Source: Spirochaetota bacterium (GTDB taxonomy: Bacteria; Spirochaetota; UBA4802; UBA5550). Taken from it: a stretch of DNA of 64,000 nucleotides. The notes beneath the pieces are model-generated. The model searched no databases and had not been told where the DNA came from. It saw only the letters and a program-made list of their open reading frames with translations. This document shows, piece by piece, positions 21,230 through 29,583 of this stretch. Positions within the stretch are counted from its first letter, which is position 1. Each line of letters opens with the position of its first letter. Made by a program: the position numbers and the translations under genes. Location of the stretch: positions 1,472,001-1,536,000 of the forward strand of contig CAXXHB010000003.1 of assembly GCA_963664815.2 (NCBI GenBank), read 5' to 3'.

Positions 21230-22005
21230 TCAAAGATAATGTTCACATATCATTTATAGGATCACGTGAAAATGTCGGTAATAGTTTTGTCAGCCTTAAT
21301 TTTGCCATAGAGATGGTTTCGCGGAATTTTCATGTAATATACAGCAGTTGTGAGGATGACAGCGGTAACAGAGATTTTTTTAAATATATATCCCCGGTAA
21401 AAGGGAAAGACAGTATAGGGATACATAAAACAAAAATAGATAAAATGGAACTGATATCTTTTTCAAAAAACTTTGACTCAAGATATTCTGTTAAAGTTGA
21501 AGAGCTTATAAAAGAGCTGGGAGGGAAATCTGATATTTTCATCTACAATATAAAGGATCCGCTCGCACATCCCTACAATACACTTCTTCAGAATTCAGAT
21601 ATCTGGATTATTACTCTGAGAATTGAAGCAACGGCTGTTTCAGACTATTTTAATGTGGTTAAAAAAATGCTTATGCTTGAGAAGCATCCGGCTGATATCT
21701 TTATAGTATTCAATTATACTCATGATATAGAAAGGGCTTTTGATATGTATCATAAGATACTGAAAGAAACAGTTGAGCTCTCAGTCGGGATTCGCCCGCT
21801 GTTCCTTGGAATTATTCATAATGACATATTGAGACATTCTTACGCGTTGAAACTCGGGATTCCTGTAAGGCAGGCCTTTTCAGAGTGCAGCATCAGCGGG
21901 TCAATATCATTTATGGCAGATAAAATAATCCGTAAAAAACCTGAGGTTGTCACATCCGGCAATTCATTGCTGTTATCAGTGGATGGTTGTAATGACGATA
22001 TTTAA
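21220..22005 (+). CDS. MinD/FlhG-like protein with a degenerate P-loop
   Basis: ISFIGSRENVGNSFVSLNFA (cf. SGKGGVGKS), IVFNY, LFLGIIHND. Confidence 0.6.
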   Translation: MEVIKDNVHISFIGSRENVGNSFVSLNFAIEMVSRNFHVIYSSCEDDSGNRDFFKYISPVKGKDSIGIHKTKIDKMELISFSKNFDSRYSVKVEELIKELGGKSDIFIYNIKDPLAHPYNTLLQNSDIWIITLRIEATAVSDYFNVVKKMLMLEKHPADIFIVFNYTHDIERAFDMYHKILKETVELSVGIRPLFLGIIHNDILRHSYALKLGIPVRQAFSECSISGSISFMADKIIRKKPEVVTSGNSLLLSVDGCNDDI

Positions 22006-22136
22006 CTGATTTTTGCTGTGACAAAACATACCATGACTTTTTCCTGCAATGAATAATGGAAGAAGGTTCGTATTCTATCTCCATCCGGATTTATAATTAA
22101 TGAATAAATACATCATTTCAGACAATTAATTATTTC

Positions 22137-22183
22137 TTGACTTGGCCCCTGTAAAAGGTAAAATAATATATCTTCAAAGGAGG
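22137..22183 (+). promoter_or_regulatory. Sigma70-like promoter and RBS
   Basis: TTGACT-16 bp-TAAAAT; AAGGAGG upstream of ATG 22189. Confidence 0.55.
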
Positions 22184-22188
22184 CAACT

Positions 22189-23502
22189 ATGACAGCCGGA
22201 GCTCTTATATTCCTGGGTTTCTGTATAATTGCAGCATCATTTATTCTTGTTTCTGTAAGAATATTTCAGGTGCGGCCAGATTTTGTTAAAAAGGTTATGA
22301 AGTATGCCCTGATTTTTATCTTTACAGCTGTTTTCAGCATTGTTGCTATTACAATAGGATTTCGTATTGACGACAGGCACTCAAAAAGTTATTCCTCAAA
22401 TTTAAAGTCTGTCCAGGAGATCTGGGGTGGTGAGATAATTCAGCAGCTCCCTTCTTTTACGTTCATGGAGAAAGGATATATTGAACGTGAGAATAAAAAG
22501 ACGGGTGAGATGGAGAGGGTAATCACTGACGTAAGCAGAAACATGGGTATTTCCGACCAGAAGGTAAAAGTAAAAATAAAATCAAATATAAGACAGAAGG
22601 GTCTGTTAAAATATCCCGGGTTCAATCTGGATTTCAACGGCAGGTATGTGTTGAGGAATCTCAACAAAAAAAGTGAAAAACTCTCATTTTCATTCCCTCT
22701 TCCGCAGGGAGCGGGAAATATTACCGATATAAAAGTAAAGTTAGGGAATAAGGATTATACAGGTGACTCTGACTTTTCAGACGGAGTTCAGTGGGATGGA
22801 GTTCTTTCCGGAGATGAAACCGTAACTGTTGAAGTCAGCTACAACGCCCAGGGGACAGGCACATTTGATTATGCCATGGGGAGTGAAAAGGCCGAGATTA
22901 AAAGCCTCGATGTTGAAATTACTACCGATTTTACCGACAGCGATATACCAAACGGAGCGATGGTGCCTACAACATCATCTGGTGACAGCAAAGAGATGAA
23001 GTATACCTGGAGAGCATCAAACCTTGTTACGGGACAGAATATATCTTTAAAATTCAAGGCTGAGGGTAATTACGGAGAGATTGTTTCCAGATTGTTCTAT
23101 TATGCCCCCATAGCGCTGTTTTTATTTATAGGCTTTCTTCTTGTCTTCTGTGTCTCTAAAAATATCAACCTCCACCCGATGCACTATCTCTTTATTATAA
23201 CTGGTTTTTTTATTTTCTATCTGCTCGGCTCATATCTTGTCAGTTATATGAACATTATACTTGCGGTTTTTATTTCACTTGTTGTATCAACCGGGATAAT
23301 TTTATACTACTGCTCGTTAATCGGGAAGGGAAAAGACATTACAAGGATAGCATTCTTCGGTGCGCTTCTTTTTCAGTGGATTTTTTCAGCTGCTTTTTTT
23401 ATCCCTGAACATACAGGATTCCTTATTACTATAGCAAGTATAATCGCTTTTGTTTTCCTGATGAAAACCACCGCTGCAGTTGACTGGGAGAATAAATGGT
23501 AG
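22189..23502 (+). CDS. CreD-like inner membrane protein
   Basis: N-terminal TMs, WGGEIIQ, periplasmic domain, LHPMHY, C-terminal TMs ending TAAVDW. Confidence 0.75.
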   Translation: MTAGALIFLGFCIIAASFILVSVRIFQVRPDFVKKVMKYALIFIFTAVFSIVAITIGFRIDDRHSKSYSSNLKSVQEIWGGEIIQQLPSFTFMEKGYIERENKKTGEMERVITDVSRNMGISDQKVKVKIKSNIRQKGLLKYPGFNLDFNGRYVLRNLNKKSEKLSFSFPLPQGAGNITDIKVKLGNKDYTGDSDFSDGVQWDGVLSGDETVTVEVSYNAQGTGTFDYAMGSEKAEIKSLDVEITTDFTDSDIPNGAMVPTTSSGDSKEMKYTWRASNLVTGQNISLKFKAEGNYGEIVSRLFYYAPIALFLFIGFLLVFCVSKNINLHPMHYLFIITGFFIFYLLGSYLVSYMNIILAVFISLVVSTGIILYYCSLIGKGKDITRIAFFGALLFQWIFSAAFFIPEHTGFLITIASIIAFVFLMKTTAAVDWENKW

Positions 23503-24806
23503 AGAGAAACCTCAGCCTCTTTAAGGGGCTCGACGAAAAGATAACCCCTCTTGCGGAGAGATGCAGGCCTTCATCAATTGATGAGTATATCGGGCAGGAG
23601 CACCTTACTGCAAAAGGGAAAATTATACGTTCAGCCATAGACGGGAAAAGGGTGTTTTCAATGATACTCTGGGGTGATCCGGGAACCGGCAAGACAACTC
23701 TCGCGAAGATAATAGCGGAGAGCTGTGAAATGGAGTATCATTACCTCAGTGCGGTATCCTCAGGCGTTGCTGATGTGCGCAAGGTAATAACATCGGGGGA
23801 AAAGAACAGACAGATGGGGAGGCAGACACTTCTCTTCCTTGATGAAATTCACCGGTTCAACAAGGCGCAGCAGGATGCGGTACTCGGCGCAGTGGAATCG
23901 GGTGATATTGTACTTATAGGGGCAACTACGGAAAACCCCTCATTCAGCGTAATATCACCTCTGCTGTCTCGGGCCAGGGTAATGAAGCTTCAGAGACTTT
24001 CAGAAAAAAGCCTTGAGACTATTCTTGATAATGCGGTTAAATCAGATCATATACTTAAAGAGGGCAATATAACCTTTGAGGATGGGGTAAAGGAGAATGT
24101 TGTACTTTTAGGCAACGGGGATGCAAGGAGAATGCTTAACATACTGGAAGTATCCTTTATGCTTTCAGGCGACGGTGTGATTACGGAAAAGGCTGTAAAG
24201 GAGGCATTTGAAAGCACAGTACTTTATTATGACAGGAAGGGGGACAGGCATTACGACACAATCTCCGCCTTTATCAAATCGCTGCGCGGCTCGGATCCTG
24301 ACGCCGCAGTTTACTATATGTCAAGAATGATACTGGCCGGTGAGGACCCTGAGTTTATCGCGCGGAGAATGGTGATACTCGCCTCGGAGGATATAGGAAA
24401 TGCATCCCCGGCGGCGCTTAACCTGGCGGTATCAACCCTTACGGCAGTAAAAAGCATAGGAATGCCGGAATCCGAGATAATACTTTCGCAATGTGCCATA
24501 TTTCTAGCCTCTGCCCCGAAGAGCAACGCTTCATACATGGCAATAAAAAGCGCTAAGGATGCAGCTCTGTCCGGCGATTACGAGATTCCGCTTCATATAA
24601 GAAATGCGCCGACTGGTCTTATGAAAAAAATGAATTACGGGAGAGATTATAAATATCCTCACGATTATGATAATCATTTTGTTGATGATACATATCTCCC
24701 GGAGGAGTTAAAGAATTCCCGCTTTTATAATCCGACAGAGAACGGCAGCGAAAAGTCCATTAAAGAGAGACTTATGTCGCTATGGCCGGAGAGATTCAGG
24801 AAGTAG
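23496..24806 (+). CDS. rarA: Replication-associated recombination protein A (MgsA AAA+ ATPase)
   Basis: PLAERCRP, GDPGTGKTT, DEIHRFNKAQQD, ATTENPSF, SAFIKSLRGSDPDA, YKYPHD. Confidence 0.96.
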   Translation: MVERNLSLFKGLDEKITPLAERCRPSSIDEYIGQEHLTAKGKIIRSAIDGKRVFSMILWGDPGTGKTTLAKIIAESCEMEYHYLSAVSSGVADVRKVITSGEKNRQMGRQTLLFLDEIHRFNKAQQDAVLGAVESGDIVLIGATTENPSFSVISPLLSRARVMKLQRLSEKSLETILDNAVKSDHILKEGNITFEDGVKENVVLLGNGDARRMLNILEVSFMLSGDGVITEKAVKEAFESTVLYYDRKGDRHYDTISAFIKSLRGSDPDAAVYYMSRMILAGEDPEFIARRMVILASEDIGNASPAALNLAVSTLTAVKSIGMPESEIILSQCAIFLASAPKSNASYMAIKSAKDAALSGDYEIPLHIRNAPTGLMKKMNYGRDYKYPHDYDNHFVDDTYLPEELKNSRFYNPTENGSEKSIKERLMSLWPERFRK

Positions 24807-24918
24807 GACACGTTATTTTAAAAGGCCTGAATCCATTTTGGTAAAGATGGTTTTAGCCATTACTCTTTGAGCACACATTGTCGGTAAAGTATACATTCAG
24901 CAGCCATAACTGCCCGGC

Positions 24919-24943
24919 CCCCGCACCTCCGGAGGTGGCAAAG
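24919..24943. repeat. 25-bp direct repeat, left copy, with 14-bp perfect palindrome CACCTCCGGAGGTG
   Basis: ccccgcacctccggaggtggcaaag; 24/25 identical to 25820-25844. Confidence 0.85.
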
Positions 24944-25081
24944 TGACATTTCCGTAATCCAATCTGGTAAATTTTTTAAAAATTCTGCTTGCACCATGTC
25001 ATTTGCTTTTCCGGACTGGTTATAAGAGACATAAGTTTCAATATAACGATAAAAAATAATGATAAAAAGGAGACTAAATGA

Positions 25082-25627
25082 ATGGCCAGAGTAAAGCTTC
25101 ATCCCTATCTAAGAACTGCGCATGGAGGTCTGGACGGCCTTGTACTTTACAGACGCTATGGTAAAATTTACATTAAAAGACGTACAATCCCGGTTAATCC
25201 ACGCACTGAACCTCAGGTGAAGTGCAGGGGTAATTTCAGCGGCAGCGTAAAAGCATGGCAGGTGCTTCCGGAAGAGGAGAAGGATATTTACAGAAACAGG
25301 GCAAAGAGGAAGAAGAAGTCCGGTTACAATCTCTTTATGTCTGAATACCTTCGTGGCATTGCACCTGGTTCCCCTGTAACTCCATCGGGAAGCGGCGGAA
25401 CAGGGGATGCAGTGGTTGTATCCGCTTCCGGTGAAGTTAAAGAATATACCAGTTACTGTTCAGAAAACAGCAGATCAGCAGATAGACAGAGTAATATTAG
25501 TGCAGCAAAAGACAGAGGTGCAACTATTAAAGCGGAACTCAGGCAGTATATAGACCCTGTTAAAAACCGTTTCAATACCGTTTCAATACCGTTTAAGGCA
25601 GAGAAAAACGCGCATTTAAAGCTGTAA
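25082..25627 (+). CDS. Basic putative DNA-binding protein: HMG-box-like/DUF6266-like N-terminal ~92 aa, low-complexity tail
   Basis: AAGGAG RBS; GGLDGLVLYRRYGKIYIK, NPRTEPQ, AWQVLPEEEKDIY, KSGYNLFMSEY. Confidence 0.7.
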   Translation: MARVKLHPYLRTAHGGLDGLVLYRRYGKIYIKRRTIPVNPRTEPQVKCRGNFSGSVKAWQVLPEEEKDIYRNRAKRKKKSGYNLFMSEYLRGIAPGSPVTPSGSGGTGDAVVVSASGEVKEYTSYCSENSRSADRQSNISAAKDRGATIKAELRQYIDPVKNRFNTVSIPFKAEKNAHLKL

Positions 25628-25674
25628 GTAGCGTGTTTGAGGCGTAATTGAAGCGAAACTGAATACTCTGTAAA
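25532..25674. repeat. Degenerate 11-bp-periodic array (about 13 units)
   Basis: aaccgtttcaa/taccgtttcaa/taccgtttaag ... gcgtgtttgag/gcgtaattgaa/gcgaaactgaa in register. Confidence 0.6.
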
Positions 25675-25819
25675 CAGATTGTGATATTTGTCATAAATCT
25701 GCCGTGAATTTGAATCTGAAACAGCTGATGCACGATGTAAAGAATGTTCGTGTACAGAAAAACTGTGCGCAGAAAATCCTGCCAATTACCTGAATCTGAT
25801 GTATCATAAATCACAAAGA

Positions 25820-25844
25820 CCCCGCACCCCCGGAGGTGGCAAAG
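25820..25844. repeat. 25-bp direct repeat, right copy
   Basis: ccccgcacccccggaggtggcaaag. Confidence 0.85.
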
Positions 25845-26105
25845 CATCTTCAAGTTCCTTCTCCGGGAAAAATAGGGTACCTTCGCTGGGTGACCTGTGC
25901 TTCACATAAAAAGCGGATACAAGTCATTTTAATAAAGGGCGTTTTTAATCTTCCGGACATATCCAGAGCTCGTCGCATGGGGGCAGGGATTTGAAATATG
26001 ATGCTGATAATCATCGTTCAGAAGAATCTTTCACTATTCTGAGAAAAACACTTGATTCCCTGACGCTGCGTTAATAATTGGATTAATTTGTTTTATGGAG
26101 TTTAA

Positions 26106-26405
26106 ATGAAAGAGATCAGCACCAGTCAGAAGAAAAAGCTAAAGGCTCTGGCACACAAGCTTAAACCGGTTGTCCTTATCGGGCAGAAGGGGATAACAGA
26201 GAACCTTGTCAAATCAGTGGATAAAGCGCTTGAAGCTCATGAATTGATAAAAGTAAAATTTATTGATCTTAAAGATGAAAAGATAGAATTAACAGATAAG
26301 GTTGTAACCGGTACCGGATCATTTCTTGTCAATATGATAGGCAACACGGTAATTCTTTATCGTGAAAATCCGGAACGCCCGAAAGATGAGAAGATCAGAA
26401 TATAG
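26106..26405 (+). CDS. yhbY: YhbY/CRM-domain RNA-binding protein
   Basis: LKALAHKLKPVVLIGQKG, HELIKVK, IGNTVILYR. Confidence 0.93.
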   Translation: MKEISTSQKKKLKALAHKLKPVVLIGQKGITENLVKSVDKALEAHELIKVKFIDLKDEKIELTDKVVTGTGSFLVNMIGNTVILYRENPERPKDEKIRI

Positions 26406-26447
26406 ATTATTGAAGGATTAACTGGTGCAGGCCTGTGCCATGAATTT

Positions 26448-26472
26448 TGGCTTCGACTTCACTCAGCCATCG
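26448..26472. repeat. REP-like short hairpin
   Basis: tggcttcgacttcactcagccatcg; resembles TTCGAC..GCTCAG-type REP motifs (from memory); single copy in the window. Confidence 0.35.
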
Positions 26473-26604
26473 ATAAAAGAAATCTTATCTGCATAAAACA
26501 GAATTATTGTTCCCTGAGAGTAAATCCATAGTTTAACCGATTGTCAGGTCTGATAACCGAAGGGAAAGTCTGATGTGAAACAAAAATGTTTACAGGAGAT
26601 ATAT

Positions 26605-27618
26605 ATGAAAAAGTACAATGTCGTAATACTCGGCGCACTTGGCGCAGTAGGTAATGAGTTCAGGAAGATACTGCTCCAGAGAAAATTTCCGATTGATAAG
26701 ATAAAGTTTCTTGATCTGACAGATGTGGGGACAGAGGTGCAGTTTGGTAAACGCATGGTTACAGTTGAAGCTCCGGATGAAAACTCCTTTAAAGGTTATG
26801 ATATAGCGCTTTTTTCTGCCGGCGCAGATGTAAGTTTAAAGATAGCAAAACAGGCGGCCGCATCCGGCTGTATAGTAATAGATAACAGTTCCGCGTGGAG
26901 AATGGACCCGGAGATTCCGCTTGTAGTCCCGGAGGTTAATCCTTATGATGTTGAATGGCATAAAGGGATTATTGCAAACCCTAACTGTTCAACAATTCAG
27001 ATGCTGCTTCCTCTCAAACTTATACATGAAAAAGCAAGAATAAAAAGGGTAGTGGTCAGCACATATCAGGCTGTTTCAGGTACAGGAATTAAAGCGATAG
27101 ATGAATGCCGTGCGCAGGCGCTTGAAGTTGCCCAGGGGAAACCTGTTTCAAAGGTATCGGTTTATCCTCACCAGATAGCGTTTAATGCTCTCCCGCAGAT
27201 AGACGATTTTCTGGAGAACGGGTATACCAAAGAAGAGATGAAGATGCTTAATGAAACAAGAAAAATAATGGGGGACAACTCCATAAAACTGACAGCAACT
27301 ACTGTAAGGATACCTGTAATATATGGTCATTCGGAATCGGTAAATATTGAGACAGAGAAAAAGATTACAGCAGCAGAGGTTAAGAAACTACTGAAGGGTA
27401 AACCGGGCATAACCGTTGTGGACAATCCTTCTAAAAAACAGTACCCTATGCCTATAGATGCAGCCGGCCTTGACGATGTATTTGTAGGCAGGATAAGAGA
27501 AGACGAATCCATTGAAAATGGTATCAACATGTGGATTGTATCGGACAATATCCGTAAGGGGGCCGCGCTTAATACAATTCAGATAGCTGAACTTTTGATT
27601 AAAAGGAAACTTGTTTAA
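26605..27618 (+). CDS. asd: Aspartate-semialdehyde dehydrogenase
   Basis: GALGAVG, IDNSSAWR, NPNCSTIQM, STYQAVSG, GHSE, DNIRKGAALN. Confidence 0.97.
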   Translation: MKKYNVVILGALGAVGNEFRKILLQRKFPIDKIKFLDLTDVGTEVQFGKRMVTVEAPDENSFKGYDIALFSAGADVSLKIAKQAAASGCIVIDNSSAWRMDPEIPLVVPEVNPYDVEWHKGIIANPNCSTIQMLLPLKLIHEKARIKRVVVSTYQAVSGTGIKAIDECRAQALEVAQGKPVSKVSVYPHQIAFNALPQIDDFLENGYTKEEMKMLNETRKIMGDNSIKLTATTVRIPVIYGHSESVNIETEKKITAAEVKKLLKGKPGITVVDNPSKKQYPMPIDAAGLDDVFVGRIREDESIENGINMWIVSDNIRKGAALNTIQIAELLIKRKLV

Positions 27619-27623
27619 TTGAT

Positions 27624-27660
27624 AAAAAGAGGGGCTGTCTTTCAGGGCAGCCCTTTTTTA
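27624..27660 (+). terminator. Intrinsic terminator after asd
   Basis: gggctgtct-ttc-agggcagccc followed by a T tract; A tract upstream. Confidence 0.85.
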
Positions 27661-27667
27661 TATGTTT

Positions 27668-28047
27668 CTATGTCGAAACTTTGTCAATCCGGAGAGTAAT
27701 TCCGCTGATTCTGTTCTCTTCAGGTTTATATGACAGCAGTTCAATACCGATAGGTTCATTTGTTTCTGAATCCTTAATAAGGATCAGGCCATCACCCATT
27801 TCAGTGCATATCTGATTTTTCTTGGCTGTTGCCAGGCAATTGTCATATCGATACCTGAATAAAAAAGAAAAATGTATTCATCCCTTTTGCTTTTGCGTAT
27901 TTCATCTGGATTTCTCAGGGTTTCTTTAACATCTTCTATTTTGCCATCAAGCTCCGGATGCTTGGTTAATAATTTATCATAATACTGAAGTGTCGTATGA
28001 ATAGTAAAATCCAGCGGGGATAATATTTCAAATATATAATCGTTCGT
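27668..28047 (-). pseudogene. Degraded toxin-antitoxin pair (RelE/DUF4258-like toxin N-terminus fused to a DUF2283-like antitoxin fragment)
   Basis: ACG in place of a start codon, then NDYIFEILSPLDFTIHTT..KHPEL..EDVKETLRNPDEIRKSKRDEYIFLFY; after a frameshift NQICTEMGDGLILIKDSETNEPIGIELL..*. Confidence 0.65.
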
Positions 28048-28171
28048 TAAAGATTGCCATTATTCATTTGCAATATAGTGATATTATGAAATATTCAATG
28101 TCAATAATTTTAATCGCGCATTGCTGTATTAAATTTATTGACAATCTTAGATAACTGGTTAAATCTATTTT

Positions 28172-28564
28172 ATGGATATAAAAGAACATATTTTTTACTG
28201 GGAAGAAAGTGCGGCTCATGATCTTGAAAGTGCCGAAAGCCTTTTTTCTGCTGGTAAATATGACTGGTGCCTTTTTATTTCTCATATTGTTATTGAAAAG
28301 ATGCTGAAAGCTATATATGTTTCTTCTCATAATAATGAAGTTCCTCCAAAGGTTCATAACCTTGTAAGACTCGCTGAGCTTTCGGGTTTAAATTTTTCAG
28401 AGGAACAACTGGATTTTCTTGATAAAATTAATGATTTTAATATTGAAGCACGTTACCCGGATTACAAGTTTTCATTTTATAAAATATGTACTCAAGAATT
28501 CACATCTGAATACTTTAATAAAATCAAAGAGCTTTATTTATGGATAAAATCCCGGACAGCATAA
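28172..28564 (+). CDS. HEPN domain protein
   Basis: AAHDLESA, LFISH..IEKMLKA, KVHNLVRL, EARYPD. Confidence 0.9.
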   Translation: MDIKEHIFYWEESAAHDLESAESLFSAGKYDWCLFISHIVIEKMLKAIYVSSHNNEVPPKVHNLVRLAELSGLNFSEEQLDFLDKINDFNIEARYPDYKFSFYKICTQEFTSEYFNKIKELYLWIKSRTA

Positions 28565-28857
28565 AAAACATTATCGACAGATATATCAATGTTCTCTGCA
28601 GCAATGATATATCTGTTGAAAGCGCGTTTCTTTTTGGCAGCTATTCCAAAGGTACTTCCGATGAGTGGAGCGACATTGATATAGCCCTTGTTTCAGGAAT
28701 TTTCACCGGTGACCGGATAAGGGACAGGGACAAGGTCAGAAAATTCACACGCAGGGTTTCATCAATGATTGAAGTGATGCCTTTCAGTATTGAAGATTTT
28801 AATGACACCAATCCTTTTGCCAGGGAGATTATAAAAACAGGTATCAGAATCCTGTAA
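28540..28857 (+). CDS. Minimal nucleotidyltransferase (MNT), partner of the HEPN protein
   Basis: LFGSYSKGTSDEWSDIDIA; overlaps the HEPN gene. Confidence 0.92.
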   Translation: MDKIPDSIKNIIDRYINVLCSNDISVESAFLFGSYSKGTSDEWSDIDIALVSGIFTGDRIRDRDKVRKFTRRVSSMIEVMPFSIEDFNDTNPFAREIIKTGIRIL

Positions 28858-28949
28858 CGGTTTCCCGGAAAAGTCCATATTTTTTGATAATTGTTCAACC
28901 TCCAATCGTTAACTGCTCCCTATGTGCTATAGTAATCAGGGTTTCCTGA

Positions 28950-29075
28950 AAAAGTCTTGAGGAGCTTGTACTTATTCTGGGTAAAGATGGTAAGGATATG
29001 TTAAAGCGAAAAAAAGACATTCAGAACGGTAAAGTAAAGACAATAACCCGCAAAGAAACCTTTACTTCATTCTGA
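28950..29075 (+). pseudogene. Start-less antitoxin-like C-terminal fragment
   Basis: KSLEELVLILGKDGKDMLKRKKDIQNGKVKTITRKETF*. Confidence 0.35.
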
Positions 29076-29227
29076 CTATATTCCCGGCATTAATTTTTCC
29101 TTCAGCACTCCATGCCATTACACCGAGAGTAATAGATGAACATACCGAGTCCGTGCCTCCTGGCCGTTATATGGATATACTTGAAGACCCTGCAGGTAAA
29201 CTAACCATTAAAGGATTGACAGGATAA
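29060..29227 (+). pseudogene. N-terminal stub resembling a 7TM-DISM extracellular domain
   Basis: Hydrophobic signal-like stretch, then ITPRVIDE..PGRYMDILEDPAGKLTI*; no start codon. Confidence 0.45.
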
Positions 29228-29231
29228 AAAG

Positions 29232-29397
29232 CCGTCTGAATCAGGATTCCCGGGATTAACAAGATTAACAGGATTAGAAAATACAAAATACAAAAGAATA
29301 AAGAAATAAGGGTAATCAGAGGTAAAATGAATTACAAGAAGATTCTGGATACAACATCCTGAACATCATTAAATCCTGAGAATCCTGATCCGGACAG
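29232..29397. repeat. Non-coding element with ~42-bp imperfect inverted arms built of 9-bp-periodic GGATT units (MITE-like)
   Basis: Left arm ccgtctgaatcaggattcccgggattaacaagattaacaggat; right arm atcctgaacatcattaaatcctgagaatcctgatccggacag; 21/26 match over the outer ends. Confidence 0.7.
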
Positions 29398-29537
29398 ATG
29401 AAAATGCTCCATGTTATACGAAAACATATCTTTCGTACTTTGCTTGCCGCAACACTTATACTCACTGCCGCACCGGGACTTTATGCGCTCACACCGGTAG
29501 TTACATCATATAGTTTATTAAAAAACTAAAAGATTAG

Positions 29538-29581
29538 ACATAGTAACATCAGCAGGGCTTCCCCGGTTGATGTTACTATGT
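29538..29581. terminator. Long hairpin immediately after the DUF6125-like gene stop
   Basis: acatagtaacatca..ggg-ctt-ccc..tgatgttactatgt. Confidence 0.75.
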
Positions 29582-29583
29582 TA

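Noticed and set aside
24919-25844. CRISPR interpretation of the 25-bp repeats or the 11-mer array
   Set aside because: Only two repeats 901 bp apart, no spacer architecture and no cas genes
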